Assembly: GCA_017499595.2 (NCBI GenBank)
Contig: CM038999.1
Location: 3,410,001 to 3,474,000 of the forward strand
Reading direction: 5' to 3'
DNA from: Psilocybe cubensis
Lineage: Eukaryota
Length of the DNA stretch: 64,000 bases
Part shown: one piece after another, positions 37,821-52,900 of the stretch
Layout of the letters: each line of letters begins with the position of its first letter
How positions within the stretch are numbered: the stretch's first letter is position 1
Translations under genes and position numbers: made by a program
The notes under the pieces: model-generated
The model's database searches: none
Told to the model about the DNA's origin: nothing
The model's input: the letters and a program-made list of their open reading frames with translations, nothing else

Positions 37821-38139
37821 AAAGTTGAAAGCAAGTCGAAACAATTTAGCTAGACCGTGACGTTAAGGGATTGTGTTGAAATGTGAGTTCTTTACCTAGA
37901 ATATACTTTGTCTGTCTTCGGAATAAGTGACTTTGATAAAAAGTTATTACTAAACTGAATGTACCTTCACAGTAGCGCGATTTACAGGTTTAGAGACAAG
38001 TTCGTAATTTCCAATCCGAGTCGCAACCGCGTTAGTGAACCTACATGTGATGGTGCCATCATTTCCCACGAGCTAACCATTGTCTTCACGCTTGTACTTA
38101 TTTCTCGCAATCAAGGCCATCCCTATGATAGAACAGGGT

Positions 38140-38225
38140 GACAGTACAATGTTCCTTGAAAACGACACGGTATTGCTGTTTCTGTGTTTTTGTAAATAAT
38201 TGCGGGGAGGCGGATCTGGAATTGG
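38140..38225 (-). pseudogene. Short FunK1 kinase relic
   Basis: QKQQYRVVFKEHCT resembles KKRYRVVFREICT (copy 1) and QKKQYRVVFKEVCK (copy 2). Confidence 0.55.
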
Positions 38226-38562
38226 CAGGGCATTGGAAGAAGATTCCAGATGAGCGGTATCGGTTGTCCCACTTGGTGGTGGTGGTGGTTATTATATCAA
38301 TCAACTGGACGTGAGGGTGTAATCAAAGTTCCCAAAAACCTGACTTTTCGCCTATTCCACCGAGACTTGGTAAATATGAAAGTAGCTGTAAGTCAACGTG
38401 GAGCTAATCGCAGTGCACTTAATTCTAATATAGACGACGTGTAATGACTCTAAAATATGTATTACAGAAGTTATGCTACAATGTCAAATCGGTGGCATAC
38501 GCGAAAGTCTCACATAATCATAGGTGACTACGGGAGGAAGCTTGGAATATGATATTGAATCA

Positions 38563-40123
<1,561 letters not shown>

Positions 40124-41038
40124 TCATTTCCTCCAATAATAGAACGATGCTGTAAAAATATTGCGGCCTACAAGTAAGCATCCTGTGATGTCGAGCCAGA
40201 AGTGAGGCCTTGAGGCTGGCTGTGGATTCAGAGGAACTGTTGATGTAAGCCTAACTAATTATAACCTTTGGAGCATGGGCAGTGCAATGTCGGTGGGAAA
40301 AACTGCGGATGGAAGGCTCGCGGCGGTGACGTCGCTCCACGGGAGCGCCTAGACGCCGCACTGATCGATATCATGAAAATCTTCAAAGGGAAAATGAAAG
40401 GACGACGATCACCACAAAATGAGGGTCATGAAGATCTTGGAGGAGAAACTTGCACATAAAATTAGCACTCCTCTGTTTGAGTAACTATATACCTGTGACC
40501 GTCATACCTGCTTTGATTATCCAATGGATCTTGTCGATCAGTGTATAAGATGAGCCTACTGAGTACTCAATGCTATGTACTATGATCTGTAATAATACAA
40601 AGTCCAAATTTGCCGCTAATACAGTAAACATCATCACTCAGAAAACATCGTTGAAACAGATAGATAACGTACCTCATAAGCCTACGGATGTAGAAATTTC
40701 AGAGGCAGAAAACTGAAATACCAATCCAAGTTCAATTTTCTGGTTTGGAGTCGATATACTGCTGAGAGTCATAAACTCGCCAGCCATGATTAGCGAAATA
40801 GCATAAGTCGTAATGTTACCTTTTGGTCATTCAATGATCTTGACAAGAGACTAAACCACAGCCAAGGAGAGCATACAGGTGGACAGGATCCAGGAAAACC
40901 TGTGATAAATCTTTTATACAGCAATAGACAGAGTCTACAAAAGATGTGGATATAGTACTTAGCGTAAAGATTAACCCCTGCAAAACGGTGGAGAACGCGA
41001 CATAGAGAAAACAAACAGACGAACAGTATGAAAATGTA

Positions 41039-41772
41039 TTAAGCGCCTCTGCCGCGCCCTCTTCCTCCTCGCATAGGTCCACCACGTCCACCACGACCTA
41101 TACGACATTACAGTATTAGCATCAAGAAATAATTTTGATACGGGATGATGAGACGACGGACCACCTCTTGGAGCACCACGACCTGAACGATGGAAACTGG
41201 AATCTCAGAAGATATATCAATATTACATATATACCCGCAACTCACCTCCGCCCATGTGTCCTCCCCTAGCTGATCGATTCATATCACGAGCTCTGTTCTG
41301 CTCTTCCTTGACAACATCTAAAAGCGTGTCCGGTACCCGTAGGTACTTGATCTAGATGATATCAAAGTCAAAGGCTATTCAATGCTGGTTCTATGGATTT
41401 TGAGGCGAATCATCAAAGGCCATGCCCAATCCAAGAAAATAATGGCGCGTTTTGTGATTTGTACGTACTGTGCTCCCTCGAATATAACATTCCTTCAACT
41501 TCCAGAATCTATCTCCATCTGGATTTGTCTGATAGACCTCTCGTAGTGTAATGTTCATGAAGTTATCACAGTTGACCAGATGACCGTTGAGAGTTTCGCC
41601 GTTCTTGAGCTCGACAAGCTTTAGGAAGTGACACGGAGGTGAGTGTCTTGCCCACATTAAAAGGTTTCAAAGTCGTACCATAGGCTTGTTTTGAGCAGCG
41701 GTTAACAGCGATAGGGGTAGCTATGTAACACATTTAATAGCAGCGAGTACTCGGGGAGGAATGGCATACCAT
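41039..41772 (-). CDS. LSM4: U6 snRNA-associated Sm-like protein LSm4
   Basis: [40 protein letters not shown]...[15 protein letters not shown], with an RG-rich tail. Confidence 0.95.
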
Positions 41773-43959
41773 GGTAAGAGGAAGTGGTAGGGAAGCAAAC
41801 CTATGATGATTCTCATCAACGGACGCGTTTTCCAGCCATCAAAAAACGTGACCACAACATGGACCAATCAGATACCGTGTCTATTCATCTCTGTCTCGCT
41901 AGGTCTCGCTTCAGTGTTACTTCACTCTCCACCCGTCCTCGTCAATACGCTGCGCGATAGATAAACATCCAGAACAAGCCATCTTTCTGTGAACTATACT
42001 CATACTAAAATATCTAATAGATAGAATGGAGGCGACGCCCCGAACCGGTAGATTTTTTTTTACACAAGTAGGCGAACGAGCCCAAAGGTTCAGATCTGAG
42101 TTCAACTCTGAAGAGTTCTGAGGTGAAGCAAAAATTGTCGTTAATTATTCCTCGGTGAGGGTAATGCATCGTTACAAAATGGTATTGTACAATCGTGGTT
42201 CGTCTTCTTGGAGTCTTCTTGGAGCCATAAGTTCAATTAACATAAGTTATCACCGACTTCCTCGCTCTCTGCCCATCCCTTCATTATTTGATGAAGTCCA
42301 TTATTTGTATCCGTTGGGTCGAGATTGAAGTTGGTCTGCAAACACTACCCGCCAGCCAAACGCCTCGCCGAAAGGCTGACGCCACTCGTAACTGCAACAA
42401 CCGCGCCAACTAGCTCAGTGCTAGTGCTCGTTCGGCTTCACTACAAAATTATAATCTGTTAATTCACAGTTCCCTACGCATGAACAGAAGATGACGTACG
42501 TTTCAAGATGTTCCTCCCTGACGCCTTCATAAAGGATCCCAGTTATACTCCGAATAGAAAATGTAGGCGAAATCTAGCACAAGGGTTAATAGACGCTATA
42601 AAACAGTACTCGATGGATACATACCACCGAAAATGTTTGTGCAATGACGGTCCATGGGTGGTGTGAACCAGTGAGTGTCCCAAACGTGTTCAACAGGTGT
42701 TCAACACCTCTCGGTGTCAAGTATACCCGTGAGTTGAGCTAATGGTTTCTCCTATTTAGCCAAGACTATAGTGGTACTCGAGCAACAAACTCACCTCAAA
42801 TCGGTGACCCATCAATATTTACCACAGGGAACGGAGAGGCTATATGGACGCCTAGGGGTGTTGAATGCAATGGAGGAGATGACGGAACGAGGGCAAGCAA
42901 GCCAAAGTTCCCGAGGAAGGGTAAATGGGAGCTTTTCGAAAACGAAAAAAAAAAAAATTCCGCAAAAACGAAAAGGGAGTCGACGCGCCAGCTGCGGTAG
43001 GCCGGTAATTTAACCCACAGCCGCCATTATATACATCCGTGCCCGCTCACCCGCCGTGTAAATGAGGCAAAAATGTACTGTACATTCCGGCTTGTTATTT
43101 AATTGCACGAGCTTGAACAGGAGAGAAAGTGCGTGTTCTACAGGCACCGACGTTGCAACGCGCCATTCCCGTTTATCCCTGGCAGGCAGACGCACTACCT
43201 ACCCTGGCACCTCGCGTTCCTATCAATTAAGTTGGCCACTCAGCGCCCCTCCAACCAACCCCTTTCTCATTACCGAAACAGGAGAACACGAGGATAACTC
43301 ACAGTGGAAGCCACCATTCATGTAGTTACACCTTACAGCACCATCGAATCACATAATTTCATTATTTGAACCCAAGGCAGCCCCTGAGCGGGATCACGAT
43401 GGTGTGCACTTGGTACTCATTAAAACCACTCTTACCAAAATAGGTCTAATTACAACGCTGCGTTTGGCGCGGACGCGTCTGGGCGCGTTTCCGAATGTTG
43501 CGTTTGTTTGCAAGGGAGGGGTAGGGAGGGGTTCTCCAGATGCATATGATAATTGTGGCGCATGATATGATAGTCGACCCATTGAAATAGTGGCTTAGCT
43601 AGCCGAAGGTCGTTACGACTCCTCGCCTCGAGAATTCCTGGAATTCCTCGACGTCGCATTTGCACCTCGGGAAAAATAATCACACGCAGAGGCAACGCCG
43701 AGGGGCGTCGCATTCAAACAGATCCCCATGCATAGCATAGTATAGTGGCTTCAACGCCACACGCCGCACTAGTCAAATCTGCCACGCACACAACACAAAT
43801 ATAAGTAACTAAGATGGTCGACAAATACTTCAAAACTACAACTCATATAACACAGTGACGTCAATTGATAGAAAAGAGGAATTTTATTTGCTTTGTTTGG
43901 AATCACGGCTACTACTAGTAGATACTGAATAAATCCACCGGTCATCGACTACCAATAGG

Positions 43960-46900
43960 GCGTCGACGGAAGACTAAAAGAAAAAAAAGAAAAGAAAAAA
44001 GACGGAACCAGACTAGACGAGACAGATTTAAAAAGAGACTATATCTACTTTGAAAAAAAAAAGAAACTGAAAGAGAGATAATCAAGGGAGGAAAAAAAGA
44101 CCTAAATCATCACCCACTGTTTGACATTTTGCTTCATATTCAAAAGTCCAGGATAGAAAAAAAAGTAAAAGGAAAGACGAAAAAAAAAGGAATATAAAGG
44201 ACTTATGAAGACGGTCGGTAAAGTATAGAGAGAGACAGTGGGGGGGGGGTAGGGAGAAGATCGAGAAGCGACTCCTGCATCTGCAGCATATAATATAAAG
44301 AATTTTTTACACCAAGTAAACCAAAAGAGACCGAAACACAAATTGAAAGGGGGAAAAAAATATAAGAGACAAAGCGACAAGGTTTCGAAAAGAATCGACA
44401 GAGTGAGAGAGAGAGAGATACAAAAAAAAAAGGAAACTGTATATGGGCGATGAGAGATACCGATTCTTCTTTCGACATTTTTGTTTTGTAAAAAAAAAAT
44501 GTTGGTTGTCATCCTAGTAGGAGGACAGTCTAGCTGGCGGGAGGGGAGGAGGGGCTGGGGATTGGTTGCATGGGTAACTGGAGATATGGGGTAAAATGCT
44601 TGGGTAGAGGGATATAATGCGATGTGGTATAGCCTCTCAGGCCGCTGCCATACATATGACAGCAGCAGCCGTCAGGAGGTACAGATAGCGGATATCATGA
44701 TCAGACGTGCAAATGCAGCATCGTCCGAAAGAGGAAGAGAGAGGAATCGGAGTAGGAGAGTAGGAGGCCAGTATGCCAGATAGTCGGAGGTAGTAGTAGT
44801 AACAGTCGGATAAAATCGACCCAAGAGTCGTTTTGTTCGGCGAGGAGTAGAGGTAGAGATAGAGAGCGAGGGATATACGCATATCACGCATGCAGCTGAA
44901 GAAAAAAAGAATCGTCCGTCTAACCCAAAAAGGAATGTTCTCTTTTTTTTTAAAAAAAAAAATCGAAAACCCGAAGCAATGAGAGGATAAAAAAAATAGT
45001 GATGTACAATGTTTACTTTGTCGTTCTTGTTCAACTTTTTTTTTTGAGTTTGGTTGAACTTTTCTCGTTCAACCAATTCATCATGTAGCTGTTGGTGTCG
45101 GAAGCGGCACAGGCGTCCATCCCTTCCACACCACCCCTCCATCCGGAATAGGCAAAAATGGCGTCCTATTCCAATCAGCAGCTACAAAAACCCACACATC
45201 ATCATCAACAACCAGTAACAAACAAAATAAAAATCGAAAACACGCACTCTCTGTATACACCGTATTGCCCCACCAATTCAACACAATCTTGCCCCCCTTG
45301 GGGAACTGCAGCGTGAAGAAAATAAGCATCACACTAATCACAGTGCCGCTATCCAGCGCCGAGCTCAGCACATAGTTAAACTTGCTCCACCACGCAAAGT
45401 TCTTCTTGCGGATCAAATACTGGAACACGAACCCGACCGCGAACCAAGACGAGTAGTTGATGCCCGTCGCAGGAGGGATGTATGATACCCCGTTCAGCAC
45501 GACGGGCGTGCTCACGTAGCGCACCCACGATTTTGGATAGCGCCGCTGCCAGAAGAAGAATGGGAGTGGGAGGAACGCGCCGACGATGATCGCGTACAAG
45601 TGCGGGTGATAAATGGACCCTGTCCCGAATTGGCGCGTAGGTCCAATAAGACCCCTATAAAAACAACACCCCCCAATCAACATCAACACCACAGAAAAAT
45701 AACCCGTTGCGGAACGTACCAAACTGCAGACGCGGTGTAGAACACCTGGTTATGCGGGCATGTCAACTGCGACGGCTGGTCCTTCTGGCAAATATCCGGC
45801 ACATTCGAGAACATCCACTCCTTCACGCCAACCTGCACAAACGCCGCTAGCGTCGTCGCCACCATTTGCACTAAAAGTTCATAAAACAAACATCAGTTAT
45901 CCGAACAACCGACGAAAGAAAAAACACGCTAAAACACCAACAACACCACGCAGAAAATACAAGATAAAAAAAAGAGAGAGAGACCAACACGCACCCATGA
46001 ACGTCGCACGCGGCGGCACCTTGACATAATGTCCCAACTTGAGATCCTGCACGAACGACGTGCCCGCCGAGAGCGTCTGGACCGCATACGACTTGAACAC
46101 CATATTCGCAAGCGGTTTACCAGGTAACAACGTCCCCGGAATAATTTGCGCTAGCAAATTAAGTGTGATCTAAAAAAAAAACAAAACAAACAAACCAACA
46201 AACAAAAACCGTTAGCTGAAACCGCAAAAACAAGCATGAAAAGAGAAAGAAAGAGAAGTACTAACACCCTGGCCCGTCATCGCATAAATGAACCCACTAG
46301 GCAATATATATATCACCGGAAGCAAAATACTCAACAACAGCGCCCAGACCGGCACATCCGTCGACCACACCTCAACCGTGACAACCCCCAACGAGAAAAA
46401 CACACCAACCGCAATCAAAAACCACCAATCAGGTACTTCCGGGTAATTCCTCATGAGCTTCGCATGGATATCATCCTTTTCGACTCTGATCTTCTTGAAC
46501 CCGTTGAGCAGCGTGCGGCCGTGGTACAGCGCCGTGTGCACGATGACGCAGGTGGATAGGGCGAATGCGAGTAGGTATGTGATGGTGTATGTTGCGGGCA
46601 GGTAGAGCGGGGAGTAGTCGTTGTATGCGGCTTCGTCAAAGGTGTCGTTGGACCGCAGGACGCGGGTGACGTTGTATGTGTTCCCGAAGCGGTCGTATGG
46701 CTCGTTGGCGGAGATGGGGAAGTAGGCCAGGTTCCATGACTAGGTTATCTATCAGCACCGAAAGCGTATGTGGAAAAGACACGCAAAAGACGCACGTTGG
46801 TGTAATACAGCACTGGCGTGAGGATCCAGTAGAACAACACGAATCCAACAAAGATATGCACCTCTGCCCACCAAGGAACTGTAAAACAGAATCGGCGTCA

Positions 46901-49900
46901 ACAACTCAACTCTACCCGAAACAAAGTAAAAAACCCTACCCATCAACGGACTCCCAATCCAACTAATCTGTGTCCAATCAAACGTGAGCACACTCATACC
47001 CAATCCCGAATGCACCCCAAACAGCTGATTAACCGGCACATTATTCGGCGCCGCCCAACAAATAAACGAGAACACCGAGAGCGCCTCAAACAAGTACCCA
47101 GGCAGCACAAAGAACACGAACCCCGCCAGCGTCGTGATCACAAAGAACCTATATCGCGACATACCCTTGGCGCCCGGTCCGCCGCCGACGTAGCCTACGA
47201 TCCCGATCCCGTCGTCCTCGTCCTCCGCATGGAGCGTGTTGAGCAGTGTGCACGCCACGAGATTCTGCGGCCACACCATGCTCGCTGGCCAGACGAGGAA
47301 CCGCCTGCACAGCCCCGCGAGCCCGAACCCGACGAGCTGCGTCGCGAGCACGAGCGTCAGTCCGAACCAGTATCCAAGCTTGATGTGGTAAAACACCTCC
47401 GCGACGACGATCGCGTTGAGCGCGTACGGGCTCGTCGTGGACACGTTCGCCATGATGTACACAGACGCGTGTTCCTTGATATTCCATGGTCCAGGGTTGA
47501 GCGAGAACTCGAGCGTGCGCGGGTACGTCAGCGGCAGGAGAAGGTTCGTGATAAGACGGAAGGGCGCAAAGGACGGCTGATGCAACGGGAGCATGCGCCG
47601 TGGGAGGTGCGGCAGCGGCACGCGGTATGTGTTGATGGGCAACGTGAACGCGAGGAACTTGCCAAAGGGGTACGACACGAGGAGCAGCGCAAGCGGCACG
47701 ATCGTCGGCGCCGGCGAGCGGAAGTTGAAGAACACGTTCAGCGCACTGTGCCGTCAGAGTATAAGAAGCAAATAAATTTTAAAAAAATGGAGGGGATATA
47801 CACACCTGCTGACCATGCAGAGCAGCAGCCCGACGAACCACATCCTGATCGTCATAGCAGGCATATCCGGGTCGTCAATATTCGACACGGACGCGCGAAC
47901 CTCGGGGAACGGACTGTCCTCCTCCTCAATTGCGTCAAAGTCGAATTCCATCCTAGATAACGAAGGAGACGCAGATCGCATTAGCTCCAGATCCAGTTCC
48001 ATAGTAGAAAAAAAATGGTAGCAATAAGGCAGTAGCAGTAGCAGTAGCAGTAGCAAGAAACAGCAAGCGGTGGGATTTGTGGAGGCAATCAAAAGAGGAT
48101 CAAAAAAGCCAAAAGGAAAACAGAGAAAAGAAACGCAAAAGGGCGTAACGGCGAAAAAAAAATAGGGCCAAGTTAAGTGGAACGTAAACAAAACCACAAC
48201 GTCGGGCATCGTGCATGCGCACGCGCACTGGCGCATTGCAAAAGGACGAAAGAAGGATAGGAAGCGGAGAAGACATCGAAGAGCCATAAAGGAACGCAAA
48301 AAGGTCGTCACCTCTCGCCTGACACCCTTCCTCGCGGGTCGCGGATGTAAAACAACAAGCAGGACAGGACAGATAATAAAAAAAAATATTTTAAAAAAAG
48401 CAAAAAGGAAGACAGCCCATCCACGCGCAACGAAGCACTACCCGCGAATCCAGCAACAAAGAACAGCAAAAACAGGACATCCCAGAAACGAATTCACAAC
48501 GCAAATCCAACCGCGAACGCGCGAAGTAAGGTAATCCAGCGATCGAGTGGACACTGCGGGCGAAGCGCTAGAAGGGAAATTGACCAACCAACCCACTAAA
48601 GCGAGCCGAACCGCCACATCGAAGAAAAAAATCAACCCGACTCGACTCGACACAAGCCGAACCAGGTTGCCATCAACCCCCTTTGCTCCCCCAGGTTTCA
48701 TCCCAAGGCCCATCCTCCAAGCCAAAAAAGAAATTCACCCAGTTCATACCATCCAATCCCATACCCATCCCAATCCCACACCTCGCCGCACCGCCTTACA
48801 CGCAACGAAAAATAAACCCCAAAAAAGGTAACCAACTCGCACAAAACCGCAAAAAATAGCAACAAAAAAAACACCACCCAAAAAAAACACACCAAAGGGC
48901 AAAGGCAAACGTAAAATGACCACCAGCGCTTTTCCACCCACGCATCACATCACATCAAATCACAAAAAAAACAGCACCGCAAATCCACCAACGGGAAACG
49001 GTAACACACCAACCCCGGATACCCAACACACCGGAACTGAGAAAATCAGGACATAACGAGGCCGTCTTCCATCCAGCTCCAGCATCGATCCAGAAATAGC
49101 CCCGCGAAAAAAAAAAGATGAAGATGAAGGAGACGAACATTTCAAATGTTCGAGTGAAAAAAGCGACAGAAAAGACAGAATGGAAAGCAAAAAAGACAGC
49201 AGAGCAGCAGCAGCAGCAAAGAGAGAGAGAGATAAAGGATAAAGATAGGCATGCCATGCCATGCAACACCGCGCTATCAATATCTCAATCCCAGGAAACG
49301 GGGTGACAGTGCTGCGGTACGCCAGCGTGGGCGTGGGCGTGGGTGTAGGCGAGTAAGAGTGTCCCAGTGCACATAGCACGAATACGAGAGCACGAGCACA
49401 AGTATGAATGAGCATGAGTATATGCGCGGGGCGGCGTGGCACCACTCGCCACTCGACAGCACCATCCCACCCATCTCACAACTCGAAAAAAAAAAAAAGA
49501 AACACACTCCAAATAAAGAAACCCACCCACACGCGCACGGACAATCCCAGAGGCCTGACGACCAAACCAGAGACATCACGAGCCGATGAGGAACCTAGAG
49601 CAGGGGCAGAGCAAAGAGGGCAGAGCAACCATCCATCTCGTCCATCTCGTCCATCCATCCATCCGGGACACCATCGATCTGCCTGTCAAACCCAGTGCCA
49701 GTGCCAGTGCCAGAGAACCACGTCGGAATGGCAAGGTTGCAAGTTACAAGTGGCAGTTTTGTCGCGTCCGCACATCGCCCGTATCCATATCCATATCCGT
49801 ATGAGCATGAGCATCCGCGTCCGTCGTCGACGTCAGGAATGATGACGATGATTCTCGCACGATGCACGCACGGCGCACGGCGCACGAGCCAGCGAGTGAT

Positions 49901-52900
49901 AAGAATAAACCAGAGCGAACAGACGAAAAATGAAAGATGAAAAATGAAAAATGAAAAAAGTGAAGAAAAATGCAAACGAAATGAATCACAAGTGAAAGAA
50001 AAGAAAATGAAGAAAAAAAAATGAAAAGAAAGAAAACCAAGAAAGAAAGAGAAGAATCTCCAAAAAACGACAGAAAGACAAAAACACTCACTTAATACTC
50101 CCCTCCCTACTCTCCCCATCCCCCTCTTCATCCTCCTCATCGCCCTCCTCATCCCCATCCTCATCCTCCTCCGTCCCCCTCCTCCGACTCCCATACTCGC
50201 TCCATCCACCCTCACTCGCGCTCCCCGTCCCCGTCCCCGTCCCTCTCTCCAAATCCCCCGTCCCCGTCCCCGCATCGGAACTACTCTGCCTCCTCGACTT
50301 GGACTTGGACTTTGCTTTGCCCCCTCTCCTCCTCCTCCTCCTCCTCCTCCCACCATCATCGTCACGATAATAATCCCCCACCCGACTATGCACGCTCATA
50401 CTCAGCGAATCCACAAATGAGCTTTCGTCCCCCGTCCCACTCCGCGCGAGCGCAGAAGGGTCTTTCACGATCGAATCTCTATCTCTATCTGCACCTCCAC
50501 TCGCATCCCGTTCCCTTTCAACAATGTATCCAGGCGTCCCGCCTCTCGAACGCCTCCTCAAATCAATATCCCCCGCGCCCGCACCAGACACAGGTCTCCC
50601 TGCCCCTCCACCCGCACCTCCAGGTGTACCCCCCGGCGTCCCCGCACCAACCCCCGTACTAACCCCCACACCCACACCGGTACCAGAAGAAGGCCGATGC
50701 CCATACGCATGCGCAAGCGCCGCATACGCATAATAAGGCTGCGCGTTCGGATTGCGCGGGCGGCGCTCGTGCTGCTGCTGCTGGGGGTACGGGTAACCGT
50801 GTCCTTGCCCTTGCCCTTGCCCGTGTCCGTAGCCATATGCATGGGTGTACGGGTACGGGTACGGATGGGACGGTGTGAGTGGAGTCGAAGGTGTACCGGG
50901 CATAGGCGAGGGTGTCGCTGACGCATCTGCGTCTCCATCTCTGTCTGCGTCTGTGTCCGCCGAGGCTGATGCACCAGGCGCAGAAGGAGAGGAAGGAGAG
51001 GACGCGTCCACCGAGACGCGCTTCGAAGTCCTCTTCTTCTTCTTGTCTTTCTCCTTTTCCTTTTCCTTCTTAGCATCCTTCGTATCCTTCGCATCCTTTT
51101 TGTTCTGCTCAACACCCTCCTCCTCTTCACCCCTCCGTTTACTCAAACTCACACTCTTCCTCTTCACACCCCCCTCCAAACTCTTCCTCCCCTGCCCCTG
51201 GCCCTGCCCCTGTCCGGGTAAAGGCAAAGGCAACCGCACCCGCACCTCCTTCCTCCTCCCACCCGCCCTACCCTCCCTGTCATCATCCTCCTCATCTTCA
51301 TCTTCATCTTCACCTTCATCTCGCACAGCAACATGCTCTTCTTCTTCTTCTTCCTCCTCCTCCTCTTCTTCCTCGCGGAGACCCGATACCCGCTTCTGCT
51401 GCTGCTGCTGCTGCTGGGCACCACTAGTGCTAATACTACCACCCGCACCCGCACCAACACCCGCACCCACACCCGCACTATTACCAGCACTAGCACCCAT
51501 CCGCTTCAACTTGAACACATCCCCCCCACCCATCCCACCCCCACCCATCCCCATCCCACTTATCCCCCCCGACAAAGACGCAGACACCCCCGTGCTAGGA
51601 TGCGAATCCGTGCTTGGCGACGGCGGCGACATCGGTGGTGGGTACGGGTACGAGTACGAGTACGGGTATGAGTAGCCATGCTGCGTCTGCGTCTGCGATT
51701 GGGTTTGCGTTTGCGGTTGCGGTTGGGTTTGTGGGTATGCGAACGTCGAAGAGGACGTGTACGCTGGGATGGGCGCAGCCGATGTAGAAGTCGAAGTCGA
51801 AGCGGCGGCGGAAATGGAGGCGGAGAGAGAAGAAGGCGACGCGGAGGGATAGCTGATCCCGCCCTTTCCCTTCACCGGCGTCGACGTCGAGGCGCCGGTG
51901 CCGGTGCTGGAACCGGAGACGAGGAAGGTCGCGCTCGTAGGCGACGCTGCGTATTCGTATTCCTCTCCTTGTCCTTGTCCGTGTGCTACGTAGCTCGCAT
52001 ACGGGTTGTTCGAGTTTGCGTTTGCGTTGGTGAGGCTGATCGTGGATGTAGGTCTCTCAGATGACGAAGCAACAGCGGGAGAAGAAGAAGCACCGGGACC
52101 GGAGCGGCGGCCCCAGGCGTCGAACGTCGGGTCGGGGTGTGTGGGGAGTGGAGGTACCGCGGAGCTAGAGGCGTTGGCGGTGTTGGCGTTGGCGTTGGTG
52201 GTGTTGGAGTTGGAGTTGGAGAGAGAAGCTGCGTTCGTATGGGTATTCGTAGTCGTATTGGATGTCGTCGTAGTAGAAGTATGAGCATGAGCGTGAATAT
52301 TCGTAGCCGTCGTCGTCGTCGTCGCCAGCTCAGACGCCGCCGCGGACACACCCGCACTCGTCCCGGGCGGGGACACCGGCGCGTACGCGAACGGCGGCGG
52401 GTGCTGCTGGCGGAGCAGCATCTGCGCATGCTGCTGCTGTACGAGGAGGAGTTGCTGCTGCTGGAGGTGTTGTTGCTGGAGATAATACGCCGCTGTGCCC
52501 GCGCCGCCGAGGGCATACGGCGAGTTCAAGCTCGCCTGGTACTGCGCCATCTGCGTCTGCATCTGCGAATGCGAGTTCAACTGCGCCTGAGCCTGAGCCT
52601 GCTGAGCCTGCTCCTGCTCCGCGGTAGTAGGCGGCAAAAACGCAAAAACATCCTCATCGTCGCTCTCCTCTTCCTCTTCATACTCCTCCTCTATCTCATA
52701 GTGCGGGGATGGATGGTGTGGGTGTGCGAGGGAGGGCTGGGCGAATTGGGCGTGGAGGTATGAGGAGGGGAAGCGGCCTGCGGCGGTGGTGGGGCGGGCG
52801 GAGGCGGATGTGGTTGGGCGGGCGGAGGACGGGGGGCGGCCGCGCGGCATTTAGTGTGTAAAGTGTTGGTGGTAGAGGTTGGTGTTGGTGGTGGGACGGG

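Noticed and set aside
42060-42125. GTTCAA T-loop-like motif suggesting a tRNA
   Set aside because: No cloverleaf or acceptor stem could be built.
42230-42660. Exon-like fragments, one faintly histone H4-like (SITGILYEGVR)
   Set aside because: The match is too short, and stops occur in all frames.
47010-47960. 316-aa plus-strand ORF
   Set aside because: Antisense to OPT coding exons.
48200-50090. Many Phe- or Lys-rich ORFs
   Set aside because: Products of poly(A)/poly(T) tracts inside the OPT intron.
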